Notes: generated by a model not told the origin, from the sequence alone. Positions 36,771 through 50,076 are shown, counted from the stretch's first letter. The stretch is 64,000 nucleotides of DNA from Octopus sinensis (GCF_006345805.1 NC_042998.1:97340001-97404000); one strand, 5' to 3'. Numbers and translations: made by a program.

Positions 36771-36960
36771 CATACATATATATATATATATACATATATA
36801 CGAAGGGCTTCTTTCAGTTTCCGTCTACCAAATCCACTCACAAGGCTTTGGTCAGCCCAAGGCTATAGTAGAAGACACTTGCACAAGCTGCCACACAGTG
36901 GGACTGAACCCGGAACCATGTGGTTCATAAGCAAGTTACTTACCACACAGCCACTCCTGC
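36525..36960 (-). mobile_element. SINE family A, full length
   Basis: Reverse complement of 29241-29624. Confidence 0.85.
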
Positions 36961-36992
36961 GCCTATATATATATATATATATATATATATAA

Positions 36993-37198
36993 TCAAAATA
37001 TTACATTATATAATTAAGGCTTAGTAAAATAAATTACTTCGCCACATACTGAACTTTCTAGAAATAGCAGCCAAAAAGTTTTTTACCCATTTCCACTACT
37101 TTAAGAAAAATTCTCCCTGGCTGCTATTTCTAGAAAGTTCAGTATGTGGCAAAGTAATTTATTTTACTAACTCCTAATTATATAATGTAATATTTTGA
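36993..37198. repeat. Inverted repeat (about 81-bp arms, 44-nt spacer) in a (TA)n tract, same family termini as the two large palindromes
   Basis: TCAAAATATTAC...GAAATAGCAGCCA versus TGGCTGCTATTTC...GTAATATTTTGA. Confidence 0.9.
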
Positions 37199-37282
37199 AT
37201 ACACCTTAAATGGTCCTATTACATACTGAACACTACTTGGTGAAATTGATTAATAACTAATTAATTTTACCCTCAATTATTG

Positions 37283-37321
<39 letters not shown>

Positions 37322-37868
37322 CAAGGTATAAATATTGATCATTACATATTCTTTTATTGTAGTAAATATGACTTACAGCTGTTTCTGGTAGTCATAATTG
37401 GTTTACTATATATTTATATTATATATATCATCATTATCATCATCATTTAACATCTATTGTCCATGCTAGCACGAGTTGGATGGTATGACCAGGGCTGCTT
37501 AGCTGAAGGGCTGCACCAGACTCAAGTCTGATTTGGCATAGTTTCTATGGCTGGATGCCCTTCCTAACACCAACCACTCCAAGAGTGTAATGGGTGCTTT
37601 TACATGCCACCTGCACAGGTGGAATTTGCATGACACCAGTATCTGCCACGACTGTGATTTACTTGGCTTGATGGGTCTTCTTCTTAATTAAAACATATTG
37701 CCAAAGGTCTCGGTCATTTGACATTACCTCTGTGATGCCCATCGCTTGAAAGATGCTTTTTATATCCCACTGGCATGGGTACCAGTTATGTGACACCAGA
37801 ATCGGTCATGACTACAATTTCGCTTGCCTTGATGGGTCTTCTCAAGCACAGCATAACACCAAAGGTAT

Positions 37869-37917
<49 letters not shown>

Positions 37918-38034
37918 CTATACTGTTATAGGTACAACATGTTCTTTGCCTATCTCCTGTTATTCTTGGAGATTTTAAGTATAATTATACTAATGTGCCC
38001 ATCTGTTCTAATCTAATTAAATTCTATGTCTTTG

Positions 38035-38122
38035 TGCACCTGAAGATTGCCTCTGCATTTTAAATTGATGTAATGATTGCATTGTTCAATTAAATGGAGT
38101 TGCATGAAACGATTGTACTGCA
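38035..38122 (+). ncRNA. Type I hammerhead ribozyme motif, decayed
   Basis: TGCAC-CTGAAGA-TTGC...GCAT-GAAAC-GATT-GTA-CTGCA. Core intact; first pairs of stems I and II mismatched; long imperfect stem II. Confidence 0.55.
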
Positions 38123-38158
38123 TTACCTCTGGATATCCTTGTTGCTTATTTTGATATA

Positions 38159-39779
38159 CAGTGGCGGCCAAAATGTTCAGAACGGCATTGTTTTCGTCAG
38201 AAAAGTAGATATAATTTTTTATCAAAGTTGTTTTATATTCTATAATTTTCACAGACAATAAATACGATATTATTTGTTATTGCCTGAGATTTTGGTGTAA
38301 TTTGAGAGGATAATACAAAAGCTATGGATGATATAGTGATTTACTGCAAAACCCATGGCGGCCAAAAGGATCAGAACAGTTGCTTTTACTCCGTGTTTTA
38401 GTATATTTAACCGGCGAACTCTAATGTTTTGAACTTGTTTACGTGACGGTTCGTTTACTAAACATTAGTAAGAATATTTGCAGTGTACTTTGTTAATATA
38501 ATGCCACTTACTCCGTTACCAAATTCGTCAGCAGATTATTATGCTTCGAAGGAAGGATAATTTAATTATTGGATCTATTGCAAAGATTGTAACAAGTCAA
38601 AAAGTGTTGTACACGGTATTCTTAAGGTCTACGATGATTGTGGTTCGTGTGAAGCAAGAACGTTTACAGGTAGGCCAAGAAAAACGACCAAGAGAGAAGA
38701 TCGTGCTATGGTGAAGTTGGTTAAAAAGGACAAATTTAAAACTGCTGCTGCTGTTTCTCGGAAAATGAGCATTGTATTGAAGAAAACTTTATCTCGAAAA
38801 ACTGTGTCTCGTCGTTTAGTTGAACATGACCTACAAGCAAGAGCACCTGCAGTGAAGCCACTGATCAGCTCCAAGAATAAAAAGTGTCGTCTTACCTTTG
38901 CAAACGAACATGTGTTGTGGTCTCAAGAAAAATGGCAAACGGTGCATTTCAGTGATGAATCTAAGTTTATGTTATCTGGCTCAGATGGGGAAAGGTACGT
39001 TCGTAGAAAAGTAGGAGAAAAATTGTCGCCTTAAGACTAGTGTTAAATTCGGTGGAGGAAGTGTCATGGTTTGGGGGATGATATCTGGAGATGGTGTGGG
39101 CCCTTTGGTGCGATTACATGGAAAGGTAAATGCAGGAGTTTATAAACAACTTGTAAAAGATCATGTCTTGCCTGTGCTGAGAAATTCAACTAAGCGACCA
39201 CCCATATTCATGCAGGACAATGCCCCATGTCACAAGGCTAAGGTGGTCATGAACTTCCTCAAGGCTGAAAAGGTTATTGTTATGGATTGGCCTGCTCAAA
39301 GCCCAGATCTTAATCCTATTGAAAATGTATGGAATATTCTAGGAGAACGTTCGAAAGCCAGAAATCCTAAAACAACTGAGCAATTATGGAATGCCCTTCA
39401 GGAAGAATGGAATAAGATCACCCAGCAAGAAATTGAAATTTTAATTTCCTCATGCAGTCGAAGATGTCAGAGTGTGATTGAAGCTAAAGGGCTTCACACT
39501 AAATATTAAATAATTCCAGTATTCTCTGTCACTTTTGATTATTTTGTTATTTTTTCAACCGTTCTGATCATTTTGGCCGCCATGGGTTTTGCAGTAAATC
39601 ACTAAATCATCCATAACTTTTGTATTTTACTCTCAAATTACACCAAAATCTCAGACAATAACAATTAATATTGTATTTATTGTCTGTGAAAATTATAGAA
39701 TATAAAACTACTTTGATAAAAACTTATACTTACTTTTCTGACGAAAACAATGCCGTTCTGAACATTTTGGCCGCAACTG
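38159..39779 (+). mobile_element. Full-length Tc1-family DNA transposon (1621 bp), IR/DR-type TIRs of about 220 bp, TA target duplication
   Basis: TA|CAGTGGCGGCCAAAATGTTCAGAACGG ... CCGTTCTGAACATTTTGGCCGCAACTG|TA; the outer motif is repeated at the inner end of each TIR. Confidence 0.97.
38501..39509 (+). pseudogene. Tc1 transposase, DD34E, frameshifted
   Basis: GRPRKTT, FSDESKF, KFGGGSVMVWG, FMQDNAPCH-(34 residues)-SPDLNPIENVW; frameshifts near 38520-38600 and 39030. Confidence 0.95.
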
Positions 39780-39789
39780 TACCTACATA

Positions 39790-39804
39790 CATACACACAC
39801 ACAT

Positions 39805-39899
<95 letters not shown>

Positions 39900-40223
39900 A
39901 GGACTGTGTCAAGTCCCCATTAAAGGCCTGTGATATGCAGGAGACTGACTGGGAGAGCAATGCCTGTCATCACCACAGATGGAGGAAGCAAGTTAAGAAG
40001 TGGGTTGAAACCTTCAAGAGAGCAAAATATTCTTCATAAAGAACTTAAGCATGCTGGTGTAGTGAATGGGAAAAGCTTGGTCTGCAGTCATGTATGATTG
40101 TCAAGAGCAGGGCTCATTAGCCACCAACGGAGCCAAAAATGCAAAATATAAGTTAGTCCTAGAGCCCACAGTGTTCCTGAAGGTCAGCAATGGTCTTCTT
40201 CGGTCACAAGTGGATGGCCATTG

Positions 40224-40290
<67 letters not shown>

Positions 40291-40631
40291 ATAAAATATA
40301 ATATAAATGTACAGTAAACCAATCAATAGTGACAGTGACTTAAAAGATTTTGTCGACTAAACCATCATTGGGGGTGAATAGTGATGGCTTAGTTGAGTGA
40401 AACTTTGAAGTTACTGTCAATATTGTTCTTCTTAAAGAATAATAAAAGTTACATTTATGTATTTGTTTTGCAATATTCCTGATGTGAAATTGTGTGTTGA
40501 AACAAATATTGGAGAATTGGCTTGCTAGGAACTTTCTCACACTCTACTGTAAACATATGCACACACACACACATATGCACACACACACATATGCACACAC
40601 ACACACACACCACACACACACACACGCATAT

Positions 40632-40689
<58 letters not shown>

Positions 40690-41008
40690 AGGACTGTGTC
40701 AAGTCCCCATTAAAGGCCTGTGATATGCAGGAGACTGACTGGGAGAGCAATGCCTGTCATCACCACAGATGGAGGAAGCAAGTTAAGAAGTGGGTTGAAA
40801 CCTTCAAGAGAGCAAAATATTCTTCATAAAGAACTTAAGCATGCTGGTGTAGTGAATGGGAAAAGCTTGGTCTGCAGTCATGTATGATTGTCAAGAGCAG
40901 GGCTCATTAGCCACCAACGGAGCCAAAAATGCAAAATATAAGTTAGTCCTAGAGCCCACAGTGTTCCTGAAGGTCAGCAATGGTCTTCTTCGGTCACAAG
41001 TGGATGGC

Positions 41009-41072
<64 letters not shown>

Positions 41073-41393
41073 TGTGTGTGTATGTATGTATATAAAATAT
41101 AATATAAATGTACAGTAAACCAATCAATAGTGACAGTGACTTAAAAGATTTTGTCGACTAAACCATCATTGGGGGTGAATAGTGATGGCTTAGTTGAGTG
41201 AAACTTTGAAGTTACTGTCAATATTGTTCTTCTTAAAGAATAATAAAAGTTACATTTATGTATTTGTTTTGCAATATTCCTGATGTGAAATTGTGTGTTG
41301 AAACAAATATTGGAGAATTGGCTTGCTAGGAACTTTCTCACACTCTACTGTAAACATATGCACACACACACACATATGCACACACACACATAT

Positions 41394-41400
<7 letters not shown>
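39790..41400. repeat. ~790-800 bp tandem duplication; unique parts identical, microsatellite lengths differ
   Basis: TTAAGGACTGTGTCAAG at about 39897 and 40687; identical ORFs called twice. Confidence 0.93.
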
Positions 41401-41433
<33 letters not shown>

Positions 41434-41499
41434 ACACACACACACACAGATATATATATGTATACATACACACTCATATGCTTTGCGTTACATGTATAT

Positions 41500-41531
<32 letters not shown>

Positions 41532-42067
41532 TCAACGCCCGCTTTCGATACTAGCATGAGTTGGACGATTTGATTGAGGACTAGCGAACCAGATGGCTGT
41601 ACCAGGCTCCAACCTGATCAGGCAGAGTTCCTACAGCTGGATACCCTTCCTAATGCCAACCACTCCGAGAGTGGAGTGGGTGCTTCTATGTGCCAGCGGC
41701 ACGAGGGCCAGTCAGGCGGTACTGGCAATGGCCACACTCAAATGGTGTTTTTTACATGCCTCCTGCACACACACACACACATATATATATGTATACAAAG
41801 AGAGAGAAAGAGAGAGAGAGAGGGGGGGGAGAAATAAAGAGAGAGTGAGAGAGAAAAAGACAGATAAATGTACTCTACAAAAATATTGAGTAACCTTCAG
41901 TTTAATGCAAAATTGTTTTTATAATTTAGCATAAAAACAGGCACACATACATACACACACCCAAACACATGCACGCATACACACACACACACACATACAT
42001 ATATGCATACATACATACATACATACATACATACATACATACATACATACATACATACATACATACA

Positions 42068-42098
<31 letters not shown>

Positions 42099-43224
42099 CA
42101 CACATACATATGTGACAACTTTTGTATTTTATTACTGATTTCGCTAACTAGATTCACATCTGTCACATACAATTATTAGCTAACTTCTCACATTTATTTT
42201 AGGCGTTGCATTCTGTCATTCTGATTTTTTCTTGTTACCATGCTTTCTGCTCTTGTTGATGCTTTGATATAGGATAATTTGATAGATGTCTTAGAATAAA
42301 AAAAAAATTATTAAACTTTATAAAGAAAAATAGTTTGCTTTGCTAAAAATAAGCATTGTTTTACTCTGAAAATCTAAATCTCTTGCATGTATGTAAGAGT
42401 GCCTTCTTATAGCATGTACGAGAATGTCCTGTAACTTAGCTGTTCAAGGAACTGTATTCGATAAAATAAGAACCAAACTTCAAAAATAAATACTGGAGTC
42501 GATACGATCGACCAAACCCTTGAAGGCGATGCCGAGCATGACTTCAGCCCATGAACGAAACGAGTGAAAGAGTAAAAGGTTAAGGTACACACATACACAC
42601 ATCGAGCCCTTCTGCGATTGCAGTGACCTTTCTTGAATTAGAAAAAAAGAATGACGGAGATGTACTTGCATAGCGAGTGACTTGATCTGAGATCGTGTGC
42701 TGGAACGAAAACAATTGCAGCGTGGAAGGTGTTTATAAGCCATTTAAGAAACACACAAAACCGTTAGATTCACTTCAACCACTTCAACAAAAAAAAGAAT
42801 GGCTTTAAGTTAAAGGACTCAAAAAATGTGTGTATGCACATGAAAGACAATCATTGTTCGACCGAAATTAGAGTATTTGTCCGTCTGTAACTAATATGTC
42901 AGTGGCAAACCCAAGCGATGTGGTAATGGCGCAATTTTAAAACACCAACGCAATAAAGTAATGGCGTAAAGTGACGGCTAAGATCCCAGTGAAAACAATT
43001 TACTATTATGACATGATACTGGTGAAAGATATGGTGCCTTTTTCTGTTGAATAAAATCATATTAATAAACATAGGCATGGCTGTGTGGTTAAGGAGCTCA
43101 ATTTGCAATCACATGGTTTCGGGTTCAGTCCCGCTGTGCACAGTCAGACAGGCAAGCACACACACATACACATATATACGGCGTGCTTCGTTCAGTTTCC
43201 GTCTACTAAATACACTCACAAGGC

Positions 43225-43777
43225 GGCAAGACTTCTGCCCGTCACCCCCTCAACCACCCATTTTTTAACATTTTTTTTTGACACAAACTTCTTTTTACGG
43301 CTACGGGGAATACGAATCTGCAAAAAAATTGGCAAAAATCGGCATTTTTAAATTACCATCCTCACCCCCATTTCCTTAATTTTTTTTTACTTTTTTCAGA
43401 ATTTAAGAAAAAAAAATAGGCGGAAAAATACAGAGATCATGATTCAGAAAAAATTTCCAAAAATGTTTAAAAAAATTTTTTTTAAGAATTTTTTTTTCTA
43501 AATATGCGGAAAAATACGGACATTACAATTCTGCCAAAAATTTCAAATCATTTCTGTAGTTACAGTTAGGGTTAGGGTTTTAGGGTTAGGGTTAGGGTTA
43601 GGGTTTTAGGGGAAAAATTCAAAATTTAAGAATTTGGTTGAGGGGGATTTCACAATGCCGATTTTTGGCCATTTTCTGGAACCTCTGTATCTAAAAACGG
43701 ACTTTTGGGCAAAAAAACTTTTAAAAGTAAACAAATTTGGGAGAAATTGGTGGTGGTGGTGGGGAGAAAGTCTTTCC
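43225..43777. mobile_element. Non-autonomous TIR element (GG ends, 8-bp TSD CACAAGGC) inserted into a SINE; contains (TTAGGG)n
   Basis: CACAAGGC at 43217-43224 and 43778-43785; ends GGCAAGACTTCT.../...AGAAAGTCTTTCC; inner inverted blocks at about 43331-43382 and 43622-43670; the SINE halves rejoin when the element is removed. Confidence 0.75.
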
Positions 43778-44122
43778 CACAAGGCTTTGGTCGGCCCGAG
43801 ACTATTGTAGAAGACACTTGCCTAAGGTGCTACGCAGTGAGACTAAACGCGGAACTGTGTGGTTCGCATACGCCTGTTAGACAATTTAGTTAAGCAAACT
43901 AACAAGGGAAGAAAACCTGAGACTGAGTATTTCAACAAATTATATTTTATTCACAAAGAAGATAACCCAAAATTAAATTCATTCAGATATAGCTTTACCA
44001 AGGAAGACTGTTATATATATATTTAATATTAATATTAGGGAAGTTATATCCAAGTCTACAAGGGAGAGAAGTTCAATTTAGTGGTACTAAAATGAATTAC
44101 TCACTGTATTATATATATATAT

Positions 44123-44452
44123 ATAAGTTTAAGAGACAGAATCACCATCAAACAACTCAATTGCTATTCCGACAACTTCTAATTATATAATAAGTTCATA
44201 TAATCTAGACCTGAAGATTGGCAATATAATCGTTTTAATATGGTATTGTATTTGAGACCTTCTACTTCAGCAATATCGAGGAATATGTTGTCATGAAATG
44301 CGCGTAGTCTATATAATGTAAAGTATATGATTTAGAATAACAATTGAAGGTATTAATTTTGATAATTTTAATATTTAGTCCTATATGTACCTATCGTGGA
44401 TAATGTCGTTCAATGATGATTGAGTTGCTTGAGGGTGATTCTGTCTCTTAAA

Positions 44453-44457
<5 letters not shown>
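44123..44457 (+). mobile_element. (TA)n-embedded non-coding element with 35-bp terminal inverted repeats and an internal hammerhead motif
   Basis: 44127-44161 versus 44419-44453 (2 mismatches); (TA)n on both sides. Confidence 0.75.
44206..44311 (+). ncRNA. Type I hammerhead ribozyme motif, slightly decayed
   Basis: Stem I TAGAC/GTCTA; CTGAAGA (44211-44217); about 10-bp stem II with a U-U first pair; GAAAT-GCGC-GTA (compare the palindromic GAAACGCGCGTA). Confidence 0.65.
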
Positions 44458-44502
<45 letters not shown>

Positions 44503-46134
44503 ATGGTTATTTAAACATGTTTTATAAATGAGTGCTAATAAAAGGAATTTACTGGACATTGTTTGTAAAACTTTTACAAAATTCGTCAAAACAATAATTA
44601 TTTATGGTAGCAGAAATGTCAGTTTGTCACAATATCAAGTTTAGCAACAGATACGCCAAAATCCTCTGCTAAAACAGAAACCAAAATACATATCAACTTT
44701 AAAAATGACTAAATGACTTGTAAAAAATATTCCTGCTGGAAACACTAGTCAATAATATTCAGCTAAATAGGAAAACGTTAAATTTCCTGTTAAAAACCAG
44801 CTCGTACTGGTGTTTATTTTCTTTTTGTTAGAAAGGACCTTTAGTAATGTAGTCTACAGGAGGCGAATTTCTAACTAAAATAATATTAGTGACGCTAAAC
44901 GTTTGAAAATTCCTCACTGAAGAAAATTCTCCAGAGATAGATGATAAATAAGGCGGTTTTGTCTTGTTAAAAATAACAGCACAATATTTGTTGTTTGATT
45001 CTGAAGCGGTTTTAGTGAGAGTGTGGATTAAACAACTCTTTTGCTAGAAACAACAGTCCAAATTAACGTTTGTCACAAATATGAAACCAGTGTGTGTTTG
45101 TATGTCAGAATAAAGAAATAAAAAGGAGCTGCGGAAATATTTTTATAAGAATACGACTTGGTTTAGGAAGGAAGAAACAGTTCATGCAGTTCTTATATGT
45201 TCCTCTGTCAGTCACTGATACCCGAGTTTTTTTTACATGGTCGCAAATGTCAGCTTATTGTCTGCAACTGCCATTCCAGGTGAGAAAAACTATTTTAAAA
45301 ACATAACTTTACGGTAGGCTCAGACGAGCAAAAGTAAATAATTTTGGCGGCAAGAAAAGAAGATTAGTTATGTGACTACTTTTTAGCTGATATCATAACA
45401 AAACGCTGTAATCTCTGCACGTGTGAAGAGACATACATGAATTGGTGTTTAGATAAATCACGTGACTCTTTAAGGTAAGCGAACATTGCTTGACTACATC
45501 AGTCAGGAAGGAGTGCTATTTGCCGCGGTGCCATATTCTGCAAAGATCGCTAGTAATAACTTCTCCCTTCACACTTTTTCTGTTGTTTATCAAGGTATCA
45601 CCTTAATTATGGCAAAAGCAGAAAGAGCTATATTTAGATAGATATGTAGATATTTAAGAATAATTTCTACTTTCACCACCACTCGTAACGGATGCAACTA
45701 ATGTAGTCGGATTGCAACCAAATACACTACCAATACCATTATTTTCATATCCATTTTAGTGCATCTATGCTTATTATTTCCACGACAAAGGTATCGACTA
45801 TTATTGTAAACCGGTATACCAACTAACCTGTTGTCGAGTAAACATTCATTTCTGCAGATTAGCCTCTGGTTGTATTTATTACTTTTGTCATTAGAGGTGA
45901 ATCAGATTTGGATGAAGATCCCGAGTTTTGCTGTCATTTTAACACAGGAATATTTCGAAGAACTGGGACGTAATCCCACTGACATACAACATAAAACAAA
46001 AACTTGAACACTGGTTTGTTTCAATGCACCATTCTCTGAGATCGAAATACACCTGACGGATGTATCAAGTTCTCACAAACAACGCTTGTTTTGGTCGGCC
46101 AAAACGATACTTCACTCCAATACCTATTTTTTTT

Positions 46135-46340
46135 ATTACCCACAAGGGGCTAAACACAGAGGGGACAAACAAGGACAGACATAGGTATTAAGTCGATTAC
46201 ATCGACCCCAGTGCGTAACTGGTACTTAATTTATTGACCCCGAAAGGATGAAAGGCAAAGTCGACCTCGGCGGAATTTGAACTCACAACGTAACGCAGAC
46301 GAAATACCACGAAGCATTTCCCTCAGCGTGCTAACGCTTC
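46135..46340 (-). mobile_element. SINE family B
   Basis: Reverse complement of the family B consensus. Confidence 0.85.
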
Positions 46341-46899
46341 AAATGTCTTTCACATAACACTTGGCAATAGACTATAATTTGTCCATAAGGAGGTTCTCCA
46401 TAACCGACTTACAAAAATTGCTGAGTGATTACACTATAGGTGATAATGCATGAATTCAAAATGAAACTAAATTTTATCCCCCTAAAAAAAAAAATTAAAA
46501 GCGAGACCTGCTGGTCATTAAATCGAAGCATAACTATTAAATCAAGACGTAATTCGAGTAGATGATTGAAATGGAATGACTCCCATACATCAAAAAAAGA
46601 TTCCTGCTGAAATATTTGCCCGTACGAACCACCAGAGTTCTCAACAACTACGACCTGTTACAATCATTGAACAGTACAGTTCTCGAATCAATTCTCTTAA
46701 TTATTACCTTCTTGGAAAACGACAACTCAACTTCCCAATATCCATTTAGTAAGCTTGAGTTACAGAAGACACCAAATGAGTCAACTGAACGAATACCAAT
46801 ACAAGATACATCAAACCAAACCAACCAAACAATAACGAAGCTTTTAAAAATGCAGATTTAGGTGGAGATGGGTATTAGGAATTAAAGGTAACCTGAGGT

Positions 46900-47770
46900 T
46901 GGGAAAGCTGATATTGGAGAAGTGGGACAAATCACTATAAGCCACCCATTTCTGATTTGAAAAGTAGGGGAAAGCCGTCCCTCTGCATACCCCTCCTCAT
47001 TTTCATCACTACTCCAAAATCATCCCAAAAGTCTTCAAAAATAGACTCAATGAAAGCTGGAAAAGCTGAACTGCTTGATGAATTACAGCAAATACAAACA
47101 AGATTTATTACATTACAAGACTATCAGATGGCACGATCCGTCGCTCATCATAGGACTTCAGTTGTATCATGAAATAACAACCACGGAAAATATATCTTGT
47201 ATACGTGACTGACTGCAGCAATTTATATATTATGTGCATAACATAACCAACTGATTGGTTGAAGGAAAAGAGAAAGTAAATGTTAACATCAAACTGGGTA
47301 GTGAGAGGCTCGAATAGATTGGATTGTATAAGTATTTTGGAATCCAAACCTCTGAGGAAGTAACATGTAAAAACGAATATCCACGGAAAAGCTTATTAAT
47401 ATCTGGAGCGGCAGTGTCCCATCTAAGTTAAAAACAAGGCTAGTGGAAGTGCTTATTTGGCCTGTAGGCATTTATGGTTGCGAAGCGTGCACTCTGAACG
47501 AATTTGAAGAGAACATAATCAATGCGTTTGAAATGTGGGTGTATAAGGAGAATGTTACAAGTCTCTAGTAAGGATCATCAGACAAATGAATGGATGTTAC
47601 AAGTAAGTGAAAGATGACAATTTGTAAAAGTGAGCAAAAACTATTGAGGCTATATTCGAAGAAGCAGAGGTTTGGAAAACATTATCAGGGAAGGAAGAGT
47701 CGAGGGTAGTAGATTAAGAGGAAGGCAAAGAACGCAATGGACGGACAATACCAAGAGCTGGTTGGACAAG
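46900..47770 (+). mobile_element. RTE/BovB-like LINE RT C-terminal remnant
   Basis: LKTRLVEVLIWPVGIYGCEA...FEMW; ENIIREGRVEGSRLRGRQRTQWTDN. Confidence 0.8.
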
Positions 47771-47779
47771 AGTGGCAAG

Positions 47780-47992
47780 GCGGCTGGAGAACTCGCGCTT
47801 AATCGGGAAGACTTCGAAATGCTTAGCGGTATTTCGTCTGCCGTTACGTTCTGGTCGACTTTGCCTTTCATCCTTTCGGGGTCGATAAATTAAGTACCAG
47901 CTACGCACTGGGGTCGATGTAATCGACTTAATCCGTTTGTCTGTCCTTGTTTGTCCTCTGTGTTTAGCCCCTTGTGGGTAGTAAAGAAGTAG
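47780..47992 (+). mobile_element. SINE family B
   Basis: Core and tail match. Confidence 0.8.
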
Positions 47993-49439
47993 GTTATAAT
48001 GTCAAAGCGATTGCATGCGTAAGATGCATGACGATGACTATATCTAGCATTCCGGCCCAACTGAATTTCAGCGCGCTTAAAAGTATAATTTTAAAAATTA
48101 TCGTGAGGTTTAATAACTACGAATGTCGGAATAAATTGATGTTACATTTCTTTAAACGAGGAATAAAGTGATTATCTAGTTTATTATTTTCACATTTTTC
48201 TTTTGAATTACGATGACCACAAATATTACGTCACATCCAAAGTGACTGAGCAAGTTGCCGATATATTCAGGTGGCCTTGGTTATGCTCTTTATTTCATCA
48301 ACCTATTATTTATAGATTAGTGGCATTAAATAAATATAGTATTTGAAAAATAAATCTTATTCTAATTTAATTAACAGAAGAGAAATTGGAATCAACGAAA
48401 AGCTAGTGCATGTCACAAGCAAATTTCTAATGATATAAGGCTGAGTTTTGACTTAGAATAATTGCTAGACAGACATGTTCATAGGGGATAGTAAGGTCTC
48501 CAGTGAGGCCTTCAAATAAAGCATGAAAAAAAAAAATCAAAAACTGAAGTAAAAAGTTATGTAAAGAATCCGTATCTGCCAGAAAATAATGCTGCATTCT
48601 GAAATAGTTATTTTCTCAGGAGTTTATTTTACGTCCAAATCAACTTCAAAATTCTTCCCAGACATTTTTTTAATACTATAATTAAAATTATGTTGGAGAC
48701 AATCTCTCCCGCCCTTTTTATTTACACTACAGCTACTTGTATATTGTATATTTTTAGTAACATTGTGCCTTTTCTTTCTCTTTACACTTAACTTCTGAAC
48801 TTGTCACTTATTATTATTGGGAGAGAAATTATAATTTAACTGTAATCCTTTTGTAAAGAACGGTATTGGTGCTATTTTAGAATAGCATGTACATAAACAA
48901 ATAACAAAAGCCAAAGTATAAATAGAACAGAAATCGGAAAGACAACATGTGTGCGTGTGGCATTTAACAAGTCTGTTTACATATAAGGGGGGAAAAAAGA
49001 ATAAAAATACCCGAAACAAAATAACATCATCGCGATTGTATTATAATTTAAAACAATGTTTGTGAGCGATGCGAAGTTAAACATACTTTTCTGCTAGTGA
49101 TATAAATATACACACAGACATACAAGTATGTGTGTGTGTGTGTAATTCCGCGCATGAGAAATATGTATTCAAACCAAGTTTAAGAAACAAAACCTTCTGC
49201 TCTTGTAAAATACACACGCTTGCTTTACAAAGTACCACATGGGGAGAAACCTGTTGTTTTAAAATATTACATTGTATTTCCTAGCAGTCGTTTTTACAGA
49301 ACAAATGGCTGTATATGAATGTGTTTATGAATGTGTATAGAAATATGTTTAAACATCCATCCATCCATATATGTATGCATGCATGTATGCAGTATATTAT
49401 ACGCTTACTCATAAGAACATCTTCAAAGAGAGGGAAGAA

Positions 49440-49810
49440 CTCCAGAGCAGGTACTCTGAGTGTACAAGTATACATCTTAACCCAAAAGAAACTGAACTGA
49501 CCCGTCTAATCAAAGCTTGGAGAAGAAGCACTCTTCGTATCAGTAAAAAATTAGTGGATAGGTACATATCTTACAAGTTAAAAAATAACAGCAGCATTTA
49601 CATGCATAATAGCCGCACCTGGTCCTGCAATAGTTGCATTACATCCCACCTAAAAGAACAGGAGATAGTTACCAAATGCCTGACAAACAAAAGTGACAAA
49701 GATGCCATCAAACTTCCACGTTGTGACATCAGTCTCCCTAAAACGTCTACAAGACACTACCTCGCTCTGAAACATGATATAGTTGTAAAAACTATTTACA
49801 ATACTATTTA
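49440..49810 (+). mobile_element. R4/Dong-clade internal fragment (knuckle region), decayed
   Basis: ...PKTSTRHYLALKHDIVVKTIYN. Confidence 0.55.
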
Positions 49811-50041
49811 CACAGACTCACACATATATGTATAATTATACATTGCCATAGAATTCGACGAGTTACCTATAATGTTAAGAGCTTTGTAGGTGCGAAACCA
49901 ATGGTCACTTTCTGACTGGCCGCAACCAACGATCTTTTAAATATAACACCTCTAATGTTTTAGAGTATGTTTCTTTTCAGATTCATGAACTACTCACCGA
50001 ATACACACACACACACCACACACACACACATATATATATAC

Positions 50042-50074
<33 letters not shown>

Positions 50075-50076
<2 letters not shown>

